Shown here piece by piece: positions 41,132 through 50,139 of a stretch of DNA of 64,000 nt. Position 1 is the first letter of the stretch, and every line of letters starts with the position of its first letter. The position numbers and the translations under genes are program-made. This stretch comes from Pelagomonas calceolata. Lineage: Eukaryota. Under the pieces are notes generated by a model. The model worked only from the letters and a program-made list of their open reading frames with translations. It was not told where the DNA came from and ran no database searches. The DNA lies in the NCBI GenBank assembly GCA_918797485.1, contig CAKKNE010000002.1:5580001-5644000 (forward strand), given 5' to 3'.

Positions 41132-42445
41132 ATGCGCACGCGCAGCGACGCAGCGCGCCAGCGATCCCTGCTGAAGCTCCCAGAGGACTGCATCAGGCAT
41201 GTGGCGCTTTTCATTGATCGCGACGTCCACGGGGCGCGGTTTGCGTTGACGTCGCGGCGCGTGATGCGCTCCCTGACGTCCACGGTCTGGGCCAAGATTC
41301 TGAAAGCGACGCACGGCGGCCTCAAGATCGCCGCCGCGGAGACAGACGGGCTGCGGGTCGCTGCGCGACTCGCGGCCGCGCGCGCTGACAGAGGGCCCGT
41401 CGATGGGTTCTGGGCCCTCGCCACGAGTTGCGGCGCCGCGCCATACGCCCAACAGCAATATTGGGCCGACGCGCTCTTCCGACGCGAGCCTTGGCGCATC
41501 TACTGCTCGCGATCCAACCCCGGCGGCGAACCGGTGCTCTGCGCGACGGCGTTTCTGGCGGGCGGAGAGGACGAGGAAGGGCCCGATCGGCGATATATGT
41601 TAGATAGGCTCGAAGCGGATAATCGCGCGTATATCCAGGAAAGTTTCAGGAAGGGAAGGTCCAACCTGGCCTATGTGTTCGAGGATGTTTATGGACGCAA
41701 CGCTCCCAACGCAAGTCCATTGACTGGGAGGACGTTGCGCATATGCCAGGAAATTGCGCGCCGTTTCGACAATGCTCAATTGGACAACCCGTGGTTTAGG
41801 TCGGGCCTCTCGGAAACTGTTTACGAGGCTCGCGGCGACAACGGCGTTCAGGTGGACCCGCGCGTCGAGGCGCTGGCCGCGAGGGCGCACCCGGCGACTG
41901 CGATCGCGACCGGAATCACTATCCGCCGCGCGCTGAACTTCACGTGTCCCGCGCGCTGTGGCATCATCTACGGCTTCCGAAGGCCTCCTCGCGTCTCCGA
42001 CATCTCCGACGGCCGCTTGAAGGATCTAGCGGCCGCCGCTGCACCGACGATCTGCGAGCTCGGGCCACTATCTGGTGATTCTCCCAATGCATTAAAAGAC
42101 TGCTTCGAGGACACTGAACCGGTGCGTCTCTCACTGCGAGGCGTCTTCTGTGCATGCGCATGCTACCAGATCGTCGGCGGCGACCAGGACGCGGAGGTCT
42201 TCCCGCTCGCAGTCTTCTCCTTTCCTATTCGCTCTCAGGTCCAAGAAATTCCCGACATGCGGGCGACCCTCGCCGTCCCCGTGGCGATCCAGGGCATGGT
42301 CGTCGCCGTCGTCGAGGTCGACAACCACGGCGACGAACTTTGGAACGAAGGCGAGGCCAACGTCGACCTGGAGTACGTAGGCATCGAGGGCTACGCGTAC
42401 GTGCCACCGGGTCACGAGCCGGTGCCACCGGACCACCGCTTGTGA
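41132..42445 (+). CDS. Hypothetical protein with F-box-like N-terminus
   Basis: LLKLPEDCIRHVALFI..TSRR; 437-aa ORF. Confidence 0.65.
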   Translation: MRTRSDAARQRSLLKLPEDCIRHVALFIDRDVHGARFALTSRRVMRSLTSTVWAKILKATHGGLKIAAAETDGLRVAARLAAARADRGPVDGFWALATSCGAAPYAQQQYWADALFRREPWRIYCSRSNPGGEPVLCATAFLAGGEDEEGPDRRYMLDRLEADNRAYIQESFRKGRSNLAYVFEDVYGRNAPNASPLTGRTLRICQEIARRFDNAQLDNPWFRSGLSETVYEARGDNGVQVDPRVEALAARAHPATAIATGITIRRALNFTCPARCGIIYGFRRPPRVSDISDGRLKDLAAAAAPTICELGPLSGDSPNALKDCFEDTEPVRLSLRGVFCACACYQIVGGDQDAEVFPLAVFSFPIRSQVQEIPDMRATLAVPVAIQGMVVAVVEVDNHGDELWNEGEANVDLEYVGIEGYAYVPPGHEPVPPDHRL

Positions 42446-42607
42446 TCCTCTCTCTGCTGTGTAGTTAGCGTAACTATGAAATAAGACCAAAGATCTACGC
42501 GGCAGCCTCGGCGAGCGCCCCAACGAGATCAACCAGCGCCGCGCGCTCCGCAGCCGCAGCCGACCGCGCCAACGACAGGGATAGATTAAGACAACTTATG
42601 AGCAGAC

Positions 42608-43483
42608 TCAGCGGCGGCGCCGGAACGGGTTCCAGGAGGACCGCTCCGCCGGCTGCTCCACGGCCGCCGGCGCCGCCGGCTCGCTCCCGCGATTCTTCTC
42701 GATTTTTTCGAGGCGCCTCGCGGCCTCGGACGCCTTGACGTTGAGCAGGAAGAAGGACTCCATGGACTGGCGCGTGAAGCGCGTGCGCACGACTTTTGTA
42801 GCGTCGTTCCGGTCGAAGTACGGCAATCTTCTGCATAGCACGCCGTCCCGAAATAACAGATACGACGGCAACTGCAGCGACCGCACGCCCAGGTCGACGT
42901 CATATCTCTTCGCGATTTCCGGGTAGCGCGCCACGTCGATGGACCCGAAGAGCCGCTTGCTGCCGGCGTAGTCGGCCGCGAGGCCGCAAAAAAGAGGCTT
43001 GAGGGCGTCGGCGCCGTCGTGCCACGAGCAGGTCAATTCGACGATCTTCATGGTTTCGGTTTTGCACAGGGCGAACTTCGGGAAGGTCCGGTCATCCAAA
43101 ACCTCGACATTCTCCGAGCCTAAAAAAGTAGGCGGCGGTATCAAATGAATCAGCGCCCCCACGGCACACGCCAAGGCAAAGACCACGATAACATCGCAGT
43201 GCAACAAGCACATGCCCACCGCTAATTTACCGTACCAGAAGATCTTCGTCATGCACTCGTGCAGCGAATTCGCCCTTCGTAGCTTACCGAGCAAAGCCAA
43301 ACCAACGAGCATGTAGACCTCCCGTTCCTTCGTTTCAAACAAATAAGCACCGCTGCCGGGCACTACTACAAGCTCCGCGCCGGGCACGACGGTGCGCAGC
43401 CAGAGCCAGCTCAACGAAGCCCAGGCATTAATGATGTAGTAGGGCTGCTTCAGGTGGCGTGCCTTCTCGCGGAAGGAGTCCAT
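42608..43483 (-). CDS. TMX2: Thioredoxin-related transmembrane protein 2-like
   Basis: PYYIIN, TM segments, then FGSIDVARYP.IA.RY.V and QLPS.LLF.DG. Confidence 0.85.
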   Translation of the reverse strand: MDSFREKARHLKQPYYIINAWASLSWLWLRTVVPGAELVVVPGSGAYLFETKEREVYMLVGLALLGKLRRANSLHECMTKIFWYGKLAVGMCLLHCDVIVVFALACAVGALIHLIPPPTFLGSENVEVLDDRTFPKFALCKTETMKIVELTCSWHDGADALKPLFCGLAADYAGSKRLFGSIDVARYPEIAKRYDVDLGVRSLQLPSYLLFRDGVLCRRLPYFDRNDATKVVRTRFTRQSMESFFLLNVKASEAARRLEKIEKNRGSEPAAPAAVEQPAERSSWNPFRRRR

Positions 43484-43555
43484 GGCGGCGCGTTGCTTGC
43501 GCGGGCAGCGTCGCTTCGCGAGACTGCGTCGATCGCTTTCGGGTGTTTTTTTTTT

Positions 43556-43578
43556 CTAGTGTCTTACATTACGCTAGC
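43556..43578 (+). promoter_or_regulatory. Bipartite CTAG-CTAG upstream element
   Basis: CTAGTGTCTTACATTACGCTAGC in a divergent intergenic region. Confidence 0.7.
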
Positions 43579-43697
43579 TGACAGGTGGCCTCGACAGCTT
43601 ATTTAAGCGCAAAGCTTGATAACCGGATTGTCGGCAGTCGCATGGCTCATTTCTGTGATCCCTTGAGCAGATCCAACCATCCACACGATCTCTAATT

Positions 43698-44507
43698 ATG
43701 GCCCAATACTTGTTCCCACCCGCCGTGCCAGCTGCCCTGCGCGTCGTCGGCGAGACGGCGCTGTTCCCGGTGCGACGCGTGGCGTGCCGCGTCCTTACAG
43801 TGCCGTCGACGAAGCGCTCGAGAGCACTCGGCACGCCATCGCCGCGACGCCGTCGACTCAAGGCGTCGTCGAGAGCAGCACTCACACAGGTCTACTGCGT
43901 CGGCCGCAACTACCGGGCCCACTCGCGGGAGATGATCCAGCGGCAGGCGGCGCAGCTGGACATCACGGACGACAAGGTCGGCGCGCCGCCGTTTTTTTTT
44001 CAGAAACCCGCGTATGGTGCCGTGACGGATAGCCGGACGGTTCCGTACCCGCCGAAGACGCAGCGGCTGGAGCACGAGCTCGAGATGGTCGTCGCGCTGG
44101 GCGACGGCGCCGCGGTGTTCGGCTGCGCGCTGGGCGTCGACCTCACGCGGCGCGATCTCCAGGACCAGGCGAAGGCCCAGCGGCGGCCGTGGGACGCGGC
44201 GAAGGCCTTCGACGCGTCGGCGCCCTGCGGGGCGCTCGCGCGCGGCCTGCCGCCGAAAGAGACGCGCCTCGAGCTCCGCGTCAACGGCGCGGTCCGCCAG
44301 AGCTGCGTGCTCGCGGACATGATCTACGGCGTGCCCGAGATTCTGGATCACCTGTCGCGCGAGGTCGAGCTCTGTCCGGGCGACGTGATATTCACGGGCA
44401 CGCCATCAGGCGTCGGGCCGCTCGCGCCCGGCGACGCGGTCGCGTGTCGCGCCGTTGACGTCGACGGCGGGGAGGCGCTGCCGGCGTGTGAGTTTGTTGT
44501 GAAGTAA
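43698..44507 (+). CDS. Fumarylacetoacetate hydrolase family (fumarylpyruvate hydrolase/FAHD1-like); intron 43779-43889
   Basis: FPVRR|VYCVGRNY after splicing; PFFFQKP, HELE, DLTRRDLQ, KAFD and IFTGTPSGVG. Confidence 0.92.
   Translation: MAQYLFPPAVPAALRVVGETALFPVRRVACRVLTVPSTKRSRALGTPSPRRRRLKASSRAALTQVYCVGRNYRAHSREMIQRQAAQLDITDDKVGAPPFFFQKPAYGAVTDSRTVPYPPKTQRLEHELEMVVALGDGAAVFGCALGVDLTRRDLQDQAKAQRRPWDAAKAFDASAPCGALARGLPPKETRLELRVNGAVRQSCVLADMIYGVPEILDHLSREVELCPGDVIFTGTPSGVGPLAPGDAVACRAVDVDGGEALPACEFVVK
43779..43889 (+). other. In-frame GT-AG intron (111 nt)
   Basis: Ends CTCACACAG; interrupts a conserved motif; contains CACGCCATCGCCGCG. Confidence 0.8.
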
Positions 44508-44515
44508 GTGTCTTC

Positions 44516-44914
44516 TTAGATGACCTCCCCCGTGGCGGCGCTCGTCGCGCGCCAGAACTGCAACACGTGCCAGCATAGCTCGTTGGGCAGGCGGAGGACG
44601 CGGGCGGCGACCGGATCGGCGGCGTCTTTTGTGCGACCGCGGAGTACCAGACTCCGCAGGCGCAGCACGTCTTTGCGGGACTGTCGTCGATACGCGGTCC
44701 ACGTGCCGCCCGCCGCGCGGATGTCGTCGACGAGCTTCGTACAAGCGGCCCAGTGTACTCTATTTGCCCAGCCACCGGTGTGGATATTGCTGTTCAAACT
44801 TCGGATCCATTCTTCGGCTGACCACTCTGACCCACCTGCCTTAACGGAATCCATCGACGCGCCAGCCCTTAACATTTCCGAAACAATATTGAGGAACGGG
44901 TTCGCTTCATACAT
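44516..44914 (-). pseudogene. C-terminal fragment of an ankyrin-repeat-type protein
   Basis: Starts with the ankyrin tail IVSEMLRAGASMD and ends LRLPNELCWHVLQFW; no upstream repeats or promoter space. Confidence 0.5.
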
Positions 44915-45432
44915 TCTGAGCGCGAGAAGGGCCGCACCAGGACGGCCTCGTCTTCATCATATTCTGCTTGGTCGTCGCGTCGTGGTTCGTCGGCCTCAAG
45001 CTCTACAACGGCTTCCTCTCGCTCTGCGGCCAGACGGACCACCGCACGGACGCGGGCATGCACGGCTGGACGTACGCATCCTACAATTTGCTACTGGCGG
45101 GGACGTTCTGGGTCATGAATTTGATGTGCGCGATCCCCATCTTCGGCATCGTTATGTTGGTTTGGCTCATCGCGAACCACGAGCACGTGACGTGTTTTAA
45201 CCGGAAGAAGGTCCGGGACTGGGCGGCGTCGGCGCAGCGCCGCGGGAGCAACGTCGACCTGGCCGCGCGGGCCGAGGCGCAGGCCGAGTCAGACTCGCGG
45301 TGCGGCGGTTGTTTGTGTTGCTGCGGGCCGCGGCCGGACGTGTTGGTTGAGCACGAGGCGCAGCGCGAGGCGCGCATCGCGGCGCATCGAGGAGTCCTCC
45401 CCGGCCTCGAGCCGGACGCCGGCGAAGCTTAG
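44888..45432 (+). pseudogene. Headless membrane-protein fragment, possible frameshift near 44940
   Basis: TM-rich frame from 44941 is blocked upstream by TGA at 44917; another frame continues IEERVRFIHSEREKGRT. Confidence 0.45.
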
Positions 45433-45484
45433 TAGACAAGACCTCCCCCCTAAGTGTCGATCCCGATCTTTTACGCAAGGGCCT

Positions 45485-46021
45485 CTAGTCGCCGTCCACG
45501 AGCTTGCCGACGACGTCGTACTTGCCCTCGAACGACGCCACCCAGAGCGCGAGCGACGCGCGCTCGGCGGGGTTCAGGGGCGCGCCGTCGTCGGGCTCGT
45601 AGTCGGGGTCGCCGTCGAGTCGGTTTTTGGCCAATTGTCTCGTCGCGTCGCGGCCGGCCATCGACGCGTAGGGCCCGCCCGGCGCGTAGAAGTGCCGGCC
45701 CCGCCAGACGTTGAAGACTTTGCCGTCCGCGCCCAGCAGGATGGGGCCGTCGTAGTCCGTACCGTCGTATTGCTTGAGCTCTGATTCCCGCCACGTCTCG
45801 CGCGGCTCGATGAAGGCGCGTTGCCGCCGTTCTTCCAAGCGCTCCTTGGACTCGGCGTCGGCGGCGCTCACGGCCTGCTTCCTCTGCGAATCCTGAAACG
45901 TAGTGAACGCCCACGAGGCCGCCGCCGCGCCCCCTACGACTTCGGCTACGAGGTTGAGCTCGAAGGCGCAGGCGGCGCGCAGCAGCGCCCCCAGAATCAG
46001 CAAATAGCTGTGCCTGGCCAT
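45485..46021 (-). CDS. Cytochrome b5-like heme/steroid-binding (MAPR) protein
   Basis: ELKQYDG, GKVFNV..GR.FYAPGGPY..MAGRDATR.LA and KYDVVG. Confidence 0.9.
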   Translation of the reverse strand: MARHSYLLILGALLRAACAFELNLVAEVVGGAAAASWAFTTFQDSQRKQAVSAADAESKERLEERRQRAFIEPRETWRESELKQYDGTDYDGPILLGADGKVFNVWRGRHFYAPGGPYASMAGRDATRQLAKNRLDGDPDYEPDDGAPLNPAERASLALWVASFEGKYDVVGKLVDGD

Positions 46022-46149
46022 CGCAGAACACCGCGGACCCCTTAGGGCGCTCGCGCGGGTGGGGCCGTGGGAAAAAGAGCAGCTCGGGAGCTGTTGGCTT
46101 CTACCTGATGCGTAAATGCGCAAGATTGCCGCCGGGCTGCGATTTCAAC

Positions 46150-46170
46150 GCTAGTATCGATGACGCTAGC
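46150..46170 (+). promoter_or_regulatory. Bipartite CTAG-CTAG element (variant)
   Basis: GCTAGTATCGATGACGCTAGC in a divergent intergenic region. Confidence 0.55.
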
Positions 46171-46286
46171 AGCGAACCTTAATCCTGCAGTGCCGCCCGC
46201 ATACAGCTGCATCTATCCATTGCGCGCACTCTCTGGCCTTCGCGTGCAACGCTGTGCACTGCGTGACATCGCTGCTGTGGTCTGTG

Positions 46287-46345
46287 GGCCGCTGTGCAGT
46301 GCTGGCCGCTGTGCAGTGCTGGCCGCTGTGCGCTGCTGACCGCTG
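46287..46345. repeat. 17-bp tandem repeat
   Basis: GGCCGCTGTGCAGTGCT x2 plus a degenerate third copy. Confidence 0.75.
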
Positions 46346-46369
46346 GCGGCTGTGCAGCGCTGCCTCAGA

Positions 46370-48024
46370 ATGTCCAAAATGCACCGATGCGTCCTCCTCG
46401 CGGCCGTCGTGGCCTGTGCTGCTGCGCGCCGACCGGGCTCGCGCGTCGTCCAATTCACGAGACGCCTGCCGCGCCGGACGCGGCGCGCGGCCGAAACCGT
46501 AGTGCTCGACATGCCGCTCGGATTGCTCGAATCGCGGGTGGAAAGGCAATTGAGCAAGGCCCTCGGCCAAGCACCCGTCGAGCACAGCGTGTTTCAGGCT
46601 CTTCGTATGGTTTGCGGCTGCGCGCTGCTATTTCAGAGTGCGAAAATACCACAAACTGCTGCAACGCTGCAATGCTTCGCTTGTCTCCTGCAGATCTCGC
46701 ACGGTATGATACTGGGCGCGACGGGAGGCGGCATCGATCTCTTCCAGTCGCCGGCGCGGGACGACGAGGGCGCTCGCGTGCTGTTCGTCGTGGTGAGGCT
46801 CTGCGCCTGGATCGTGGCCAGAGACATCGCGGAGCGCCACGGCTCGACGGCCGCGATCGCGGGTGTGACGATTGGCGTCCTGGCGGCGAAACTAGCTGTG
46901 GCAACGTACGACCACGCTAGGATTCTGGCGCGGCGCCAGCGCAAGCGCATCCAAGCCGTGCGGGGGCTCACCGTATCGGACGAGCATGAGCCGCCCCTGG
47001 ACGCCATCGCCGCGACGCTCGAGCGCCTGGAGATGTCCTACAGCGACTACGTGAAGCAAGGGCTGAACTGGGTCGTGCGGACCCAGGTCTACGCCGGGAG
47101 CGCGCGCGCGGGCCGCGGCGTCGTTTGCACGGCGTGCGACTGTGCGCATATCGACCGACCCGCGTGGGCGAACGTCGACGCGGAGAGACGCGAGGCGAAG
47201 GCCCGCGCGGCGGCGGCCAAGATCCAAGCGGTGCGGCTCCACGAGTTCCTGCACATGTGCGTCTTGGCGCTGAGTACTCGCTATGGCGTCCGTTTCGCCA
47301 GAAGGCGACGCCTGGGCAAGCGGGCGCTCGACAACCTCGGCGACGACATTCCGCTGGCCGGCGGCGGCGCGTTCTCGCCGTCGCGGCGAGCCATTGCGAG
47401 CCTGGACCTCGTCAAGTTCGCCCCGGCGGCGTTGGGGGCGTTCGAGGTCTCCGAGGGCGCGCGTACGCTTCGGGCGCGGAATCGGTACGCTGCATTACGA
47501 GCGGGGCTGCGGGCTACGAACGTCGTTGAGACCTATGTGGCCGGTGACGTCCTGTGTGGAAATCAACCAGTGCGTCGGGTGCAGTCAAAGGCGCCGTGAA
47601 TTTTGATTTCTACACAGGCGACGTCGATTCTCGAGGTCGCCGTCGGTCGAAGCGGGGCATGCTCAAGCAGTTCCTCGCGTTGTTCCGGGCGCTGACCCAG
47701 ACCGTGAACTATCTGACAAGCTTTGTCAACAATTGGGTCCGGGCATTTGAGCGCTGGCTCCTCGAGCGACGGGGCTACATCCGATTCGTCTGGCGCTTCG
47801 TGTTGGCTCCTATCTTCGTCGTCAAGGGGCTCCAGAAGCCTCTCCTCGGGTTCTACAAGGCCGTCGCCGCGGAGTGCTATCCGTGGTTATTGGCGTGGTC
47901 GGGCTGGCGGGTCCAGCTCGGGACGCTTGAGCTTCACCAGGTCCCGGCCTACATGACGTGGGCCGCGGCGCTGCCGGCGCGGTGGCTCGCCGTCGTGGTG
48001 CGGAACCGCGGTGGTGGCGACTAG
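46370..48024 (+). CDS. Hypothetical membrane protein; 2 exons (46370-47543, 47618-48024)
   Basis: Signal-like leader and TM segments; splicing gives YVAG-DVDSRG and joins two ORFs. Confidence 0.7.
47544..47617 (+). mobile_element. Introner-like GT-AG intron (74 nt) with TIRs and 8-bp TSD
   Basis: TSD GTGACGTC/GCGACGTC; TIRs CTGTGTGGAAATCAA...TTGATTTCTACACAG (14/15 match). Confidence 0.88.
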
Positions 48025-48083
48025 GTGTTGTTTGTGATTCGTGTGGTAAGTCTAGTATGTTTACTCGGATAGGTGTTGTAAAT

Positions 48084-48105
48084 CTAGTGTGTTTGTTCCT
48101 CTAGC
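48084..48105 (+). promoter_or_regulatory. Degenerate CTAG-CTAG element
   Basis: CTAGTGTGTTTGTTCCTCTAGC, ~160 nt upstream of the SET gene. Confidence 0.3.
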
Positions 48106-48266
48106 TCCGAGTTTGCGGTTGCTTTTTTGATCGCCAACTGGGGCAGTCCGTGCTTAGGCGTCTCAGAGAATTGGCAGCATCAGTTATTAGTCGCAGCGCG
48201 TAGCACTGGGACGTCAGCGCATCCCTGAGACCACCGGAGTGCAAGAGAGCATTAGCTGCAAACAGG

Positions 48267-49139
48267 ATGGCAGCGCAACTCGACGCCAAGGACGCCAAGC
48301 CGCCATACGCCTTCAAGCGCGTCGACGCGTACGACGGCGGCATCGGTGCCTTCGCGACGCGGGACTTGAAGCGCGGCGAGGTCATCCTGCACGAGCCGCC
48401 ACTCGTCACGGCCACGATGGCGACGTTAGAACAACGAGTCGCTGCACTAGATGAAAAAACGCGCAAGCGCCTCTTCTCGCTCTGCGACTGGCGCGCCGAG
48501 CGCGCCAAAACCCAAAAAACGGCGCTCGGCGTCTTCCAGGCGAACGGCTACCCCTGCCCGACGGCTAGAGAACCCGACGCGGCCGGCGTCTTCCTCAAAT
48601 TTAGTAGATTCAACCACTCGTGCAAGCCGAACGCGCACCACGCCTGGCGCAAGGGCGAGCGCTGGATCTTCGCGACGCACGATGTCAAGGAGGGGTCGGA
48701 GCTCACGACGCATTATGTTGATCTATTTATGACGTCCGAGGACCGCAAGAAGGCGCTCAAGGAGCGCTTCGGCTTCGACTGCGTGTGCCGGGGCTGCGAG
48801 CCGACGCCGAAACTAAGAGTCGCCTTCTCGGACGCGCGGCGGGCTCACATGCGCCAATTGGACGAGCAGATCTACGACAAAGCATCTAGGGGGAAGCACG
48901 AGGCCGCCATCCGCGACGTCACGGAGCGGTTGATCATGCTCGAGGAGGAGGAGCTCGACTCGCCGGCGGCCGTCGCGCGCGCGTGCGACGACGCCGCGCA
49001 GGCCGCGGCCCACGCGAACGATAAAAAAACGGAGAAGGAATGGCTCGAGCGCGCGCGCGCCGAGTCGAAGCTCTGCGAGCCGCCCGAGTCGTCCGAGCTC
49101 GAGGAGCTCGAGCGGCGGCTGGCGAAGCTAGGTGTGTAG
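48267..49139 (+). CDS. SET-domain methyltransferase
   Basis: GIGAFATRDLKRGEVI, SRFNHSCKPN, ELTTHY and FGFDCVCRGC. Confidence 0.92.
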   Translation: MAAQLDAKDAKPPYAFKRVDAYDGGIGAFATRDLKRGEVILHEPPLVTATMATLEQRVAALDEKTRKRLFSLCDWRAERAKTQKTALGVFQANGYPCPTAREPDAAGVFLKFSRFNHSCKPNAHHAWRKGERWIFATHDVKEGSELTTHYVDLFMTSEDRKKALKERFGFDCVCRGCEPTPKLRVAFSDARRAHMRQLDEQIYDKASRGKHEAAIRDVTERLIMLEEEELDSPAAVARACDDAAQAAAHANDKKTEKEWLERARAESKLCEPPESSELEELERRLAKLGV

Positions 49140-49152
49140 TTTGTATTTCAAG

Positions 49153-49908
49153 TTAGTCCCTAGGCGCGCCGAGGCCGGGGATCTTGGACGGATGGCCGAC
49201 CCAGGCGACGACCCAGAAGTCGGCGCCGTCCGCGCAGAGATGGACCTTCTCCGTGGCGCCGCCGCTGAACGTAAACCCGGCGCCGGGGCGTTGGCGTTCG
49301 TATTCCTCGTTTGACACTCTCCCGCGGACAACGAAAGCCGGATGATCCTCCAGCCGGTTAGCCGCACCAAGTATATATGTATTCTCTCTTCTTTGTCCAG
49401 CGTACGGTTCAGCGGACACGACGAAAAATACTTGGCCCTTGGGTACGTCAATTGACACGTACAACCCGGACTCATCATCATCAATGTTACGTTTATTCTC
49501 GATTTTGAACGTCAAGAAGCGGGCCGTGGGTCGTGCCCGTTCCAGCGCCTCGAGGGCCTCGTCGCAGGCGGCGACCAGCGCTTCGTAGCACAGAAACTCT
49601 GCCTCGGTCCTGAGATCCTCGAGCCGATGCGCGTCCGCGGCGGCGGCGGCGGGCAACCGGTTCGCGCGCATGAATCGGAGCACGTCCGCGAAGACGTCCG
49701 GGTCCCGGTCTAGGAAAATCTCCCGCTGGCCACCCGGCGCGTCGTCGCCGTCGGCTGAGACGCGCGCGCGCTTCTTTCCGCGGAGCTTCCGGCCCGTCTC
49801 CCCCAGCAGCGCTTCAAAGTAGCCTGCGCCGCTGGCCTCAAGTGTTGTGGTGGACGTTTTGAAGGTGCGGCCGCCCGCATCGATGATGATCACGCTGTCG
49901 GAGCTCAT
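49153..49908 (-). CDS. BTB/POZ (KCTD-type) domain protein
   Basis: IDAGGRTFKT..TL, IFLDRDPDVF..VLRFMR and EAEFL. Confidence 0.88.
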   Translation of the reverse strand: MSSDSVIIIDAGGRTFKTSTTTLEASGAGYFEALLGETGRKLRGKKRARVSADGDDAPGGQREIFLDRDPDVFADVLRFMRANRLPAAAAADAHRLEDLRTEAEFLCYEALVAACDEALEALERARPTARFLTFKIENKRNIDDDESGLYVSIDVPKGQVFFVVSAEPYAGQRRENTYILGAANRLEDHPAFVVRGRVSNEEYERQRPGAGFTFSGGATEKVHLCADGADFWVVAWVGHPSKIPGLGAPRD

Positions 49909-50139
49909 GTTTGCGTGAGTGCCTCTCGTCAGACACGATTTATCAAATTAGTTGGGGGGCAGCCCATCAGGCAGAGCAATATTGAGCCATTTTGAGTGTT
50001 CGCCGGCGAGGAGCACCACAGTGCGGCATAATTCCAGACCCGCAGCAGTGATCCGGCACTCTCACGACAGGAATAAAGCAGCCCGACGGCGCCTCGAACC
50101 ACTGCAGCAGGACAGGGCAGCCCCAAGCCCTCTGAAACG

